DNA from: an uncultured Planctomycetia bacterium
GTDB lineage: Bacteria > Omnitrophota > Gorgyraeia > 1-14-0-20-64-10
Assembly (NCBI GenBank): GCA_964597545.1
Contig: CAZQXN010000008.1
Location: 733-64,732, forward strand
Direction: 5' to 3'
DNA length: 64,000 nucleotides
Under the pieces are notes generated by a model that saw nothing but the letters and a program-made list of their open reading frames with translations, did not search any database and was not told the DNA's origin. Every line of letters begins with the position of its first letter. Within the stretch, counting starts at the first letter, position 1. Below are positions 50,897 to 63,122 of the stretch, piece after piece. The position numbers and the translations under genes were made by a program.

Positions 50897-51764
50897 CGTT
50901 ACGAAAGGTAAGCGGGCCGACACCTTTCAAGAGCTGATCCTGCGCTTGGAGCGGTTCTGGGCTGATCAAGGTTGTTTGATTGCCCAACCCTTGGAGCTGG
51001 AGATGGGGGCCGGCACCTTTCATCCCCTCACCTTCTTTAAGGCGTTGGGGCCCGATCCCTGGTCGGTTGCCTTTGTCCAGCCCTCCCGCCGACCGACCGA
51101 CGGCCGATACGCAGACAATCCCCTTAGGGCTCAGCGCTATTATCAGTATCAAGTGATCTTAAAGCCCTCTCCGGCCAACGTCCAACAGATCTATCTCAAC
51201 AGCCTCACCCACCTTGGCATTGATCTGAAAGCCCATGATGTACGGTTTGTGCAGGATGACTGGGAGTCGCCCACGCTGGGCGCATGGGGGCTCGGCTGGG
51301 AGGTGTGGCTCGACGGTTTGGAGGTGACACAGTTTACCTACTTCCAGCAGGTTGGCGGCATTGAGCTGGATGTGGTCTCGGCGGAGCTGACCTATGGGCT
51401 TGAGCGCATCGCCATGTTCCTGCAGGGGAAGATGGATCTCTATGCCTTGGCTTGGAACAAACAACACACCTACGGCGATATTCACCGGCAGGAGGAAATT
51501 GAAAGCTCAACCTATAACTTCGAGCATGCCGACACCACCCTGGAGCGCCGGCATTTCGAGGAGGCCTTTGATCAATCCAAGAAACTGCTGGAAGCCGGAC
51601 TCCTTTCCCCGGCGTACGAGCAGCTCTTGAAAACCTCTCATGCCTTTAACCTGTTGGATGCGCGCGGGGCGGTCAGCCAGAGTGAGCGGCCGAGCTTGAT
51701 TGCCGGTGTGCGCGCCTTAGCCAAGCAGTGTGCCGAAAACTATCTGGAGCGGGTGAAGCGATGA
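50883..51764 (+). CDS. glyQ: glycyl-tRNA synthetase alpha subunit
   Basis: [18 protein letters not shown]...[15 protein letters not shown] highly conserved GlyQ. Confidence 0.95.
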   Translation: MQRRSVTKGKRADTFQELILRLERFWADQGCLIAQPLELEMGAGTFHPLTFFKALGPDPWSVAFVQPSRRPTDGRYADNPLRAQRYYQYQVILKPSPANVQQIYLNSLTHLGIDLKAHDVRFVQDDWESPTLGAWGLGWEVWLDGLEVTQFTYFQQVGGIELDVVSAELTYGLERIAMFLQGKMDLYALAWNKQHTYGDIHRQEEIESSTYNFEHADTTLERRHFEEAFDQSKKLLEAGLLSPAYEQLLKTSHAFNLLDARGAVSQSERPSLIAGVRALAKQCAENYLERVKR

Positions 51765-53974
51765 CGCTCTCAGCCCCCAAGGACTTCTTGCTTGAGATCG
51801 GCTGCGAGGAGTTGCCGGCCGATTACTTGCCAGAGATTCTCCACGAGAACATTGCGCCAGGTCGAGGATTGGCGTCTGTGGCTGCCGGCATCTTGCAGAA
51901 GAAAAGAATCGTCTTTAAGCGCATCACCGTTTATGGCACCCCACGACGACTGGTTCTTTACGTATGCGGGGTTGAGCCGGTGGTGCGCCAAGAGGAAGAG
52001 GGCCCTCCGGTCCAGGTGGCCTTCGACAAGGTTGGAAAACCCACCGCTGCTGCATTGGGCTTTGCCAAGAAGCAGGGGGTTTCAATTTCTAAGCTCAAGC
52101 GCAAGAAGAGTGCGCGCGGCGAGCGCCTGGTCCTCGATCGGGTGATTCCCACTGCACAGGTCTTAGCCGCAGCAGTTCCGGATGTCATTGAGGCCATCCC
52201 CTCCCCTAAAACCATGCGCTGGGAAAACTCAGGCGTACGCTTTGCCCGTCCGATTCGTTGGTTGTTGGCCCTCTATGGTACGCAATCCATTCCTTGTGTT
52301 TTTGCAGATATCAAGAGTGGAAAAACCAGCTTTGTTCCCGATCGCTTCACGGGTCGGGCGATACCGGTAGGATCGGCTTCAAGCTACTTTTCGGCGATCC
52401 GCCAGCAAAAGGTTCAGCTTGAAACGGGAGCTACCCTCCAGGCGTCTGAGGGTCTGCCTAAAGTGATTCCTTCGGTTTGCCCCAAAGAAAAGGCGTTGCT
52501 GGCCGGTTTGAAGGCGGCCGCCAAGAAGGCCGGTGGGCACCTCCCAGATGAGAAAACTGAGGAATTTCAGTGGCTCCTCTCCACCTTGACCTTCTTGGCC
52601 GAAGACCCTCACGTGCAGGCAGGCGTTTTCCGAAAAGAGTATCTCGCGCTTCCCTCTGAGGTGCTCGCCACCGCGATGGCAAAACACTTGAAGCTCATGA
52701 GTGTCGTCTCACCCAGCGGCAAACTCTTGCCTAAGTTTCTGGCGGTCCTGGAAGGCAAGCCCAGCACTCCGGCTCGGATCATCTCCAATTACGAGAAGGT
52801 CTTGGAGGCCCGCTTTTCCGACGCACAGTTCTTTTATCGCGAAGACAGCCGATCGAAATTAGCAGACCGGGTCTCGGTGTTGGATCAGGTGGTCTTTCAT
52901 AAGGAGCTGGGATCCGTCGGCGAACGGATCCCGCGCCTCATTCGCTTGAGCGAGCAGATTGCACAGCAGGCCAAGCTCTCCCCGGAGACCACCGCCCAGA
53001 TTCGAAAAGCAGCGAAATTGGCCAAGGCCGATCTGGCGACACAGATGGTTCGGGAGTTTCCCTCCCTCCAGGGGGTTATCGGCGGGCTCTACGCACGGGA
53101 GGCCGGTGAGGCTCAAGCAGTGGCTGCCGGCATTGCTGAGCATTACGCTCCGCGTACCGCGAGTGATACCATGCCTGTAACCCCAGTAGGGGTGGTGATC
53201 AGCCTTGCCGATCGCATCGATACCCTCTTGGGTTTCTTTGGCGCCGGGATGACCCCAACCGGTTCTCTGGATCCCTATGCCCTCAGGCGTCAGGCCTTGG
53301 GGGTGGTGCGGATCTTAACCGAATCGAAATCGCCAACTTTTGTGGGGCTGTCGATTGACAGACTCTTGGATGAGGGGATACAATCTTGGGGTTCCAAGCT
53401 TCACCCTCCACAAGACGTTAAGCGCCAGCTTCACGCCTTCCTTCAAGAGCGTTTCGAGTGGCTGGCCTCCGCGCGCGACCGGGTTGAGCGCCCGTTGATT
53501 CGCTGCGTACTTTCGTCCAGCAGTGACGATCTGGCCGATGCGTGGGAACGGCTTGCCATCCTTCGCCAGCTTTGGGCCCATCCGGCCAAACGGACCCAGC
53601 TCATCAAGGCCGCGAAAGTGGCTGAACGGACAAGCCGCATTGTCCGCAGCCAAAAAGAGGCCCAGGAACTGGGAGCGGCAGATCCCAGCAAATTGAAAGA
53701 CGCTGCAGAAAAAGAGCTTTGGTCGCTGTGGGAGCGCGTATCTCCACAGCTTAAAACGCAGATTCAAGACCGCCGGTATGAAGAGGGGACTCGGGTGTAC
53801 GCAACGCTTTACCCGGCCCTCCACACCTTCTTTGATTCTGTGATGGTCATGGATGAGGATCCGGCGCTCCGGCGCAACCGGTTGAGCCTCATGAATGAGA
53901 TTCATCAAGCACTGGCAGGCCGCTTTGCGGATCTGTCCGAGCTGCCACTTTCCGGTATCGAGATCACCGAATAG
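51762..53974 (+). CDS. glyS: glycyl-tRNA synthetase beta subunit
   Basis: [21 protein letters not shown]-terminus; ATGA overlap with glyQ; ~737 aa. Confidence 0.9.
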
Positions 53975-53985
53975 AAAGGAAACTG

Positions 53986-56670
<2,685 letters not shown>

Positions 56671-56675
56671 AACCT

Positions 56676-57515
56676 ATGTCTGACCCGCTGCGGTTGTACC
56701 TAAAAGACATCAAGGATATTCCGCTCTTGACCCCCGAAGAGGAGATATCCCTCTCCAAGCGTGTTCACAAGGGGGACTCAAAAGCCCGACACCAGATGAT
56801 TCGCTCGAACTTAAGGCTTGTCATCAACATTGCCAAGCGGTACAGCCGCCTGGGCCTTCCGATCTCGGATTTGATTGAAGAGGGGAACTTAGGGCTCATG
56901 CGGGCGGTCTCAAAGTTCAACCCGGGAAAGGGATTTCGCTTCTCCACCTATGCGGCTTGGTGGATCAAACAGTACGTGCTTCGGGCCATCGCCAACCAGG
57001 GCAAGACCATCCGCATCCCGGTTTACATGGTGGACATCATCTCCAAGTACCGCAAGGTGACCGAGAAACTCAACCAGAAGCTCGGACGCAGGCCCACCGT
57101 CGGAGAAACCGCCCGCTCCATGAAACTTCCGGTCAAGAAGGTTCGAGAGATCGAGCAGGTCTTGCTGCAACCGACCTCGCTGGATGCTCCGATCGGCGAG
57201 GAGGGCAACGCCGAGTTCATTGACCTGGTCGACCGCAACGCCGGCGGTTTGCCTCCCAGGGATGAACTTGCCGAGCTGCTGACCCGCGAGCAGGTGGAGG
57301 ATCTCTTAAGCCGCCTGACCGATCGAGAGCGGGATGTTCTCTCCTTCCGGTATGGACTGAAGGACGGCATGACCTATACCTTAGGAGAGACCGCAAAGCA
57401 TTTGGGAATCACCCGAGAGCGGGTTCGACAGATTCAAAACTCCGCCGAGAAGAAACTCAACAACTTTTTGGCCGCTCAAGAAGAGCAGATGGCCAAGGAG
57501 GGAAAGCGAGCTTGA
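56676..57515 (+). CDS. RNA polymerase sigma factor, sigma-70 family (regions 1.2-4, no region 1.1)
   Basis: DPLRLYLKDI (region 1.2), region 2 LIEEGNLGLMRAVSKF...YAAWWIKQ, region 4 HTH TLGETAKHLGITRERVRQIQ; 279 aa. Confidence 0.85.
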   Translation: MSDPLRLYLKDIKDIPLLTPEEEISLSKRVHKGDSKARHQMIRSNLRLVINIAKRYSRLGLPISDLIEEGNLGLMRAVSKFNPGKGFRFSTYAAWWIKQYVLRAIANQGKTIRIPVYMVDIISKYRKVTEKLNQKLGRRPTVGETARSMKLPVKKVREIEQVLLQPTSLDAPIGEEGNAEFIDLVDRNAGGLPPRDELAELLTREQVEDLLSRLTDRERDVLSFRYGLKDGMTYTLGETAKHLGITRERVRQIQNSAEKKLNNFLAAQEEQMAKEGKRA

Positions 57516-58051
57516 AAGTGCAGATCAATCTTAAAGATTTTGTTCGAGATGTTCCGGACTTCCCCAAGCCCGGCATTGTTTTCAAGGATTTGACCCCGCT
57601 CTGGCAGGATCCGGCCGCTTTCGGCGCGATGGTAGAGCAGCTTGCCGAGCCCTACCGGGAAAAACAGGTTCAGACGATCGTCGGCATTGAATCCAGGGGC
57701 CTCATCTTGGGAGCCGCGCTGGCCTCTGCTTTAAACACGGGGCTTGTTCCGGTCCGCAAGGAAGGCAAGCTTCCCTGGAAGACCGTCAAGGCTTCCTATT
57801 CCTTGGAATACGGGGAAGCGACCACCGAGCTCCATCAGGATGCAATTGCCCCCGGCACTCGCGCTTTGATTGTTGACGACCTGCTGGCAACCGGCGGCAC
57901 TGCCGAAGCAGCCATCCAGTTGGTTCAAAAGCTTAAAGGGCAGATTCTCGGCGTCACCTTCTTGGTGGAGCTGGGTTTCCTTAAAGGGAGAGAGCGCCTC
58001 AAGCAGTATGGCGTTGACATCCGCTCCTTGATCCAATACGACACCCCGTAA
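57512..58051 (+). CDS. apt: adenine phosphoribosyltransferase
   Basis: FPKPGIVFKDLTPL...LIVDDLLATGGT PRPP-binding motif. Confidence 0.9.
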   Translation: MKVQINLKDFVRDVPDFPKPGIVFKDLTPLWQDPAAFGAMVEQLAEPYREKQVQTIVGIESRGLILGAALASALNTGLVPVRKEGKLPWKTVKASYSLEYGEATTELHQDAIAPGTRALIVDDLLATGGTAEAAIQLVQKLKGQILGVTFLVELGFLKGRERLKQYGVDIRSLIQYDTP

Positions 58052-58054
58052 CTT

Positions 58055-58162
58055 GTACGAAGGGGTCAGACCCTTTCGTACAAAAGTGCGCAAAACTATA
58101 TAAAAGGGTCAGGCACTTTTTGGCCCTCTCCTGGAGCTTCGCCGGCCAAAAGTGCCAGACCC
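58055..58162. repeat. palindromic repeat family A copy plus a related 57-bp near-perfect hairpin, directly upstream of tRNA-Arg
   Basis: gtacgaaggggtcagaccctttcgtac (58055-58081); gggtcaggcactttttggcc...ggccaaaagtgccagaccc (58106-58162). Confidence 0.65.
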
Positions 58163-58165
58163 TCT

Positions 58166-58239
58166 GCGCCTGTAGCTCAGATGGATAGAGCACCTCACTC
58201 CTAAGGAGGGTGTCGGCCGTTCGAATCGGCCCAGGCGCG
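58166..58239 (+). tRNA. tRNA-Arg (anticodon CCT), CCA not encoded
   Basis: acceptor GCGCCTG/CAGGCGC, D-arm GCTCAGATGGATAGAGC, anticodon loop CTCCTAA (one A.G mismatch at the base of the anticodon stem), T-arm GGCCGTTCGAATCGGCC. Confidence 0.75.
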
Positions 58240-59679
58240 CTCTTCTTTATCAGGGTCTGTTTGGGACACCAAATCGAAGGGCGAACTGTAGGAAAACAAA
58301 AGGGTTCGGTCATTCAAACGGAAGTTCGAGCCGGCTGATTTCAAAAATTTCCTTAGGGCGGCGGGATTTTCTTGGCCAGCGACGGAACCTGCCTCCGCGC
58401 AAACAGTTAAGAACTCCTTAGCTGGTTCGAGCCACCCACCACCCGTTCTTTCGATCTCGCCAAGCGCCTCCTTCAAATCCTGCTTCTCGCCGAGCAGCTT
58501 GGCCTTCTTACGCTGGTACTCCTCCGGGTCGATCTGGCGGGCGATGTAAAGATCCAGCAGGCGCTCCATCTTCTCGTCGCACGCCTTAAGTTGATCGGCA
58601 ATCCGGCGAGATCGAGAGATTGAGGCGCTGCTGGCTTCCTTGGCCTGGGATTCCCACTGCGCGAGGATTTTCTCCTTTGTTTCAACGCTGATCGCTACCC
58701 TCAAGATGGCCCACTTCACCTGGTCCAGTAGCGCCTCCTCTCGAAGAAACTTCTGAGAACAGGGGCCCTTCTTGCGGGTACAGCGGTAGTAAACCAAGCG
58801 CTTCTTCTGGATCTCGGCGGTGATCATAGAGCCGCACTCAGCGCAGCGCATGAAGCCGACAAAGGTGAACTTCACCCTGCCGCGCTTGTGGGATCTTCGC
58901 TGCTGCGCCAGCACCTGCTGCACCCGATCGAACAGTTTCTTCGAGATAAGAGGGGGGTGGCTGCCTTCATACAGCTCACCCTTGAACAGCATGGTGCCGT
59001 AATAAAAGGGATTCCTTAAGGTGTCTGCGACCGCGCTCTTGTGGACAGGCTTGCCCGTTCTGCCGGTCAGGCCCCAGCGCAGCGCCTCGCGTAAGATCTC
59101 CTGAAGGGAGTATTCGCCTGAGGCGTATACCTCAAAAATCTTCCTGACCAACACCGCCTTCTCCGGATCAGGCGCGACTGTATGGTTCTTGTAGTCGTGC
59201 ACATACCCCATGGGCGCTGCGCACGGCCACTCCCCGCGCCTCAACTTCGCCCGGAAGCCACGCCTGACGTTCTCGGCCAAATTATCCACGTAATACTTCG
59301 ACTGGCCGAAGGCGATGGATAGCATGAACTTGCCCTGGGCGGTGTTGTCGTAGCGATAGGTAGGGAACTTAAGAGCCAGCAGTTTGCCCGTATCCAGCAA
59401 GTAGATGATCCGCCCGCCGTCCACAGAATTACGGGCAAGCCTGTCTGGATGCCATGCCAGCACTCCTTGGGCTTTTCCTTGCTCGATCTGCTCCATCATC
59501 AAATTGAAGACCGGCCGGCCCGGCTCCTTGGCTGTCTTGGCCTCCACAAACTCCTCGACTACAGCCAACCCTTCATGCCGGGCGAGCTGCTTCAGCTCGC
59601 ACAACTGCGACTCGAGCGACAAAACCTGCCGGTCTTCCTCGTCCGTGGATTTCCTGGCGTAAAGAAAGTAAGCTGGCAT
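58201..59679 (-). CDS. large serine recombinase (resolvase/invertase N-terminal domain, recombinase domain, zinc ribbon)
   Basis: MPAYFLYARKSTDEEDRQVLSLESQ (catalytic Ser region), ...WHPDRLARN...; recombinase domain; CAECGS...YYRC zinc ribbon; coiled-coil C-terminus; start placed at ATG 59679 (the ORF-track extends it to 59943); 3' end overlaps tRNA-Arg on the opposite strand. Confidence 0.85.
   Translation of the reverse strand: MPAYFLYARKSTDEEDRQVLSLESQLCELKQLARHEGLAVVEEFVEAKTAKEPGRPVFNLMMEQIEQGKAQGVLAWHPDRLARNSVDGGRIIYLLDTGKLLALKFPTYRYDNTAQGKFMLSIAFGQSKYYVDNLAENVRRGFRAKLRRGEWPCAAPMGYVHDYKNHTVAPDPEKAVLVRKIFEVYASGEYSLQEILREALRWGLTGRTGKPVHKSAVADTLRNPFYYGTMLFKGELYEGSHPPLISKKLFDRVQQVLAQQRRSHKRGRVKFTFVGFMRCAECGSMITAEIQKKRLVYYRCTRKKGPCSQKFLREEALLDQVKWAILRVAISVETKEKILAQWESQAKEASSASISRSRRIADQLKACDEKMERLLDLYIARQIDPEEYQRKKAKLLGEKQDLKEALGEIERTGGGWLEPAKEFLTVCAEAGSVAGQENPAALRKFLKSAGSNFRLNDRTLLFSYSSPFDLVSQTDPDKEERAWADSNGRHPP
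58237..58388. repeat. inverted repeat, left copy (152 bp), overlapping the tRNA-Arg 3' end; encodes the recombinase C-terminus
   Basis: reverse complement of 59720-59906, identical except for a 35-bp indel; read by eye. Confidence 0.8.
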
Positions 59680-59694
59680 GGCATCCCTCCACTG

Positions 59695-59724
59695 TGTCAT
59701 CCCCGCGGAAGCGGGGATCGTTCC
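59695..59724. repeat. half copy of palindromic repeat family B (minus orientation) abutting IR-R
   Basis: reverse complement gaacgatccccgcttccgcggggatgacaca matches the right half of the 18.1/38.2 kb element. Confidence 0.6.
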
Positions 59725-59906
59725 GTCGCTGGCCGAGGATCCAAAGGAGACTGACCGCCGGCAGGCGGGAAGAAAATCCCGCCGCCCTAAGGAAATTTTT
59801 GAAATCAGCCGGCTCGAACTTCCGTTTGAATGACCGAACCCTTTTGTTTTCCTACAGTTCGCCCTTCGATTTGGTGTCCCAAACAGACCCTGATAAAGAA
59901 GAGCGC
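59720..59906. repeat. inverted repeat, right copy (187 bp, contains a 35-bp insertion relative to IR-L)
   Basis: reverse complement equals 58237-58388 apart from the insertion gaggatccaaaggagactgaccgccggcaggcggg. Confidence 0.8.
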
Positions 59907-60466
59907 CGGCTGGCCGACGATGTTCGAACTTATTTTGAAACACTGGCCCCAGGAAAGCAAGACCCGCTTCTGGGCCCCAACAGTCTATAACCCCGCGCCC
60001 TCCTGCCCGCCCCGCCTATTTACCCCTGCCAGGGGCGGGGTCGGGCGCGATGAGGAGTGGCCGCTTGGCCGCGGCCACAGGCCGCCTTAGGCCAGGCGGC
60101 CTCTAACCGCTCCGCCCGACAGCCCTGTACGGGCTGCCGCTGCCTGTCCCTCCGGCGCCCTTGTTTTACCTGTTTCCTTGGGTTCTTACCGCCCCCCGTC
60201 CCTTCAAGGTCGGCGCCGTTAGGCCGTGCCCCGGACGCGCTTGCCGCCGCCCAAGCGCGATCGGGGCACCGCTTTGTTCTCCTGCCACCCACCTTTTCTC
60301 GGGGAGAAAAGGTGGAGTGATGATAAACAGACCCCCTGCTATTGAGCTAGCAACAAGACAAAAAGAAGCGTAGCAAGTATAATGGTATTGAGCAATCACC
60401 CATCGGTTCTCAGTCGAAGCATAGCAGCGCACATCGCCAATATCAGGGAGCAGGACGAAGCAACCA

Positions 60467-61708
60467 ATGTCAGCGACAGATACAACAACATTAAGGAACG
60501 GAAGAACTCAAGCTGCCATATACGCTACCTCTGATTGTCCGACGGATTCCAAGGAGGTAACTCACAGGACACGCCTTGAAGAGCTCAACCTCAACTGGAG
60601 CGAGAAAGATCTTCCAGAGAAGGAGCGCACTAAACATGTTCATAGGTTGCACCCTTATCTCGGGAAGTTTATCCCACAACTTGTGGAGACTTTTCTAAGA
60701 AAGTATTTTTCGCCAGGCCAAACAGTACTTGATCCCTTTGTGGGATCGGGGACAACGGTTGTGCAAGCTAATGAGTTAGGCATAAACTCCATCGGGTACG
60801 ATGTATCTGCATTCAATAGCCTGCTGTGTCGAGCCAAGACAGCAAGATATGATCCCAATAAAGTGCAACAAGAGGTACTCGACATTCTTGAGAAAGTGCG
60901 GGTGGAAACACAAGAAGATGGACAAGAGAATTTATGGAGAAATCCAAGAAACTCAAAGATTCCCAAAACAGACAATGCGTATCTCAAGCAGTGGTTTGCT
61001 CCTCAATCGCTTCGAGAGCTTTTGACATATCGGTCTTTTATTGATCAGGGGGATTATAGATACAAGGATTTGCTCAAGATCATACTTTCCCGCTCTGCTC
61101 GGTCAGCTCGACTTACTACCCATTTTGATTTGGATTTCCCTAGACAACCACAAACGGAGTCCTACTGGTGTTATAAACATTCCAGAGAATGTACCCCCAC
61201 CACACAGGCTTTTGCATTTCTAAGACGCTATAGCTTAGATTCTCTAGAGCGGATCAGAGACTTTGCTGTTCTTCGCACGAACTCCCATGTTTCCATTCGG
61301 CACGCAGATAGTCGGAGGGCTCACTTCCCGCCCATTGATGGTGTAGTTACCAGTCCTCCGTATGTGGGGTTGATCGATTATCACGAGCAACATGCTTATG
61401 CGTACCATCTATTGGGACTAAAAGACAAACGTAGCATGGAGATTGGGCCCGCGGCGAATGGGTCGAGCCAGAAGGCGAAAGATCAGTATCAGAAAGATAT
61501 TGGCGAAGTATTCAGCCATGCCGCCAAAGCTATGCCTTCCGGTGGGCGCATGATTGTTGTGGCAGGCGATCGAGCTAACCTATACGGAGAAATAGCCAAA
61601 CTAGCAAGCGTAGAGATTGAGACCGTTGTTCGGCGACATGTGAACCGGCGAACAGGTCGCCGAGCCAACGAGTTTTACGAATCGGTTTTCATCTGGCGAA
61701 AGAGATGA
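60467..61708 (+). CDS. DNA methyltransferase (N6-adenine/N4-cytosine class, SPPY motif)
   Basis: HPYLGKFIPQLVETFLRKYFSPGQTVLDPFVGSGTT (motif X/I, AdoMet binding) and TSPPYVGLIDY (motif IV); low GC; TATAAT box about 85 bp upstream. Confidence 0.75.
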   Translation: MSATDTTTLRNGRTQAAIYATSDCPTDSKEVTHRTRLEELNLNWSEKDLPEKERTKHVHRLHPYLGKFIPQLVETFLRKYFSPGQTVLDPFVGSGTTVVQANELGINSIGYDVSAFNSLLCRAKTARYDPNKVQQEVLDILEKVRVETQEDGQENLWRNPRNSKIPKTDNAYLKQWFAPQSLRELLTYRSFIDQGDYRYKDLLKIILSRSARSARLTTHFDLDFPRQPQTESYWCYKHSRECTPTTQAFAFLRRYSLDSLERIRDFAVLRTNSHVSIRHADSRRAHFPPIDGVVTSPPYVGLIDYHEQHAYAYHLLGLKDKRSMEIGPAANGSSQKAKDQYQKDIGEVFSHAAKAMPSGGRMIVVAGDRANLYGEIAKLASVEIETVVRRHVNRRTGRRANEFYESVFIWRKR

Positions 61709-63081
61709 AAAGAGCCAAGCCTCAAGAGATAAAATCCGCCATCCAAAGCGTTATCAAGATGTTGATGGATGGAGTTATGGATAAGGTGCTGAACAAAGAT
61801 CCCTTTATTGAAGAGGAGCACCACGCGAAGAAACCGCTCTACGCAGCTCTGGTGCCTGATGAGGTTTTTAAGGGGTCGCATTTTGAAAGAAGGTTCGTAA
61901 CTCCATTTGGACGCGCTTGGGAGGCTCTGGCAATCGTAGTGGCAGAAAAGGCGCTGGGTATTGGGGCTGAGAATCATAGCATCGAGGGCACAGTCAAGTC
62001 AGAACGCTTGAGGCGGATCAGCCAGGTGCTTAACCGGTTAGAACACCCAGAAAGAGGCAGGGAAAGATTCCGGCCTCATTGGACAGAGGAACTCAAATTT
62101 GTTTTAGCGGGTGGCGGCAAGAACATACCTGTAAAGGTCATTTGTGATGTTTATGCTGAGGATAGGACGAACAACAAGAAGTATGCTTTTGAGCTAAAAG
62201 CTCCTCTCCCCAACAGCGACCAGACGAAAGTGAGCAAGGAGAAAATCCTCAAGCTCTATTGCATGGAGCCCAAACAAGTGGATGGAGCGTACTATGCGCT
62301 TCCCTATAACCCATACGGAAAGAAAGAGAACTACAGTTGGAGTTTTCCTGCTCGTTGGTTTGATATGCAGCGCGATGAGGTTGTTCTTATAGGAAACGAG
62401 TTTTGGGACAAAATTGGCGGACCTGGTACATACCAGTCATTTATAGATGCCATCAATGAGATAGGGCCTGAGTATAAGGAGAGAATTTACCGAGAATTCC
62501 TGGGTATTGAGCCACCAGCCGAGAGTGTACAAGCAGGCGTTATTTCATCCGCCGAAGAAATAGGTGCTACAGCCGCTCAAGCGCCGGAACCGGAAATAAA
62601 GATTGTTTCCAGGAAGGAAGCCGAACCTTTCGTGACTCACCTACCTGTTTATTCGCTCGAAGTTGCTGCTGGGGGCTATGGTAGAGCCAAGGAAACTGAA
62701 GAGAGGGGGTGGGTAAGGGTAAATGGCCGGAAGCTGGCCGAGGGTATGTTTGTGGCTCAAGTCATCGGGCATTCAATGGAACCCAAAATTCCCGATAGAA
62801 GTTACTGTCTCTTCAGGTGGCACAAAGGGGGTACAAGGCAAGGACAGATTATCCTAGCTCGGCATAGCGGTTTGGTTGATTCTGAGACTGGAGGTAAATT
62901 TACTGTCAAGAGGTATGAGAGCGAAAAGGTTCATAACTCGGACGACACTTGGCATCATAGCAGGATCGTTCTGAAACCGATTAATCCGTCGTATCGCCCC
63001 ATCGAAGTTACTCCTTCCGAATCCGAGGAAGTGAGCATCATTGCTGAGTTTGTTGGTCTTCTGTATGAAGGGAATGTTTAG
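61705..63081 (+). CDS. fusion protein: PD-(D/E)xK restriction-endonuclease-like N-terminal domain plus LexA-type S24 autopeptidase C-terminal domain
   Basis: N-domain ICDVYAED...YAFELK (D...ExK) and paralogous to the next gene; C-domain has the LexA cleavage-site-like VAAGGY, catalytic Ser in GHSMEP, GQIILAR, catalytic Lys in FTVKRY, and tail IVLKPINPSYRPIEV; ATGA overlap with the methyltransferase. Confidence 0.7.
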   Translation: MKRAKPQEIKSAIQSVIKMLMDGVMDKVLNKDPFIEEEHHAKKPLYAALVPDEVFKGSHFERRFVTPFGRAWEALAIVVAEKALGIGAENHSIEGTVKSERLRRISQVLNRLEHPERGRERFRPHWTEELKFVLAGGGKNIPVKVICDVYAEDRTNNKKYAFELKAPLPNSDQTKVSKEKILKLYCMEPKQVDGAYYALPYNPYGKKENYSWSFPARWFDMQRDEVVLIGNEFWDKIGGPGTYQSFIDAINEIGPEYKERIYREFLGIEPPAESVQAGVISSAEEIGATAAQAPEPEIKIVSRKEAEPFVTHLPVYSLEVAAGGYGRAKETEERGWVRVNGRKLAEGMFVAQVIGHSMEPKIPDRSYCLFRWHKGGTRQGQIILARHSGLVDSETGGKFTVKRYESEKVHNSDDTWHHSRIVLKPINPSYRPIEVTPSESEEVSIIAEFVGLLYEGNV

Positions 63082-63122
63082 CTGATGGATGGTCGACTGA
63101 CTAACGCTAAAGAGGTGTTTGT

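Larger units (their letters stand above)
58237..59906 (-). mobile_element. serine-recombinase element bounded by long inverted repeats next to tRNA-Arg (integrative or invertible element)
   Basis: 152/187-bp inverted repeats flank the recombinase gene; IR-L starts inside the tRNA-Arg 3' end. Confidence 0.55.

Noticed and set aside
57999-58313. ORFs 57999-58313(-) and 59830-60090(+) with identical N-terminal peptides
   Set aside because: They are generated by the inverted repeat (and one runs through tRNA-Arg), so they are not independent genes. They serve as evidence for the IR.
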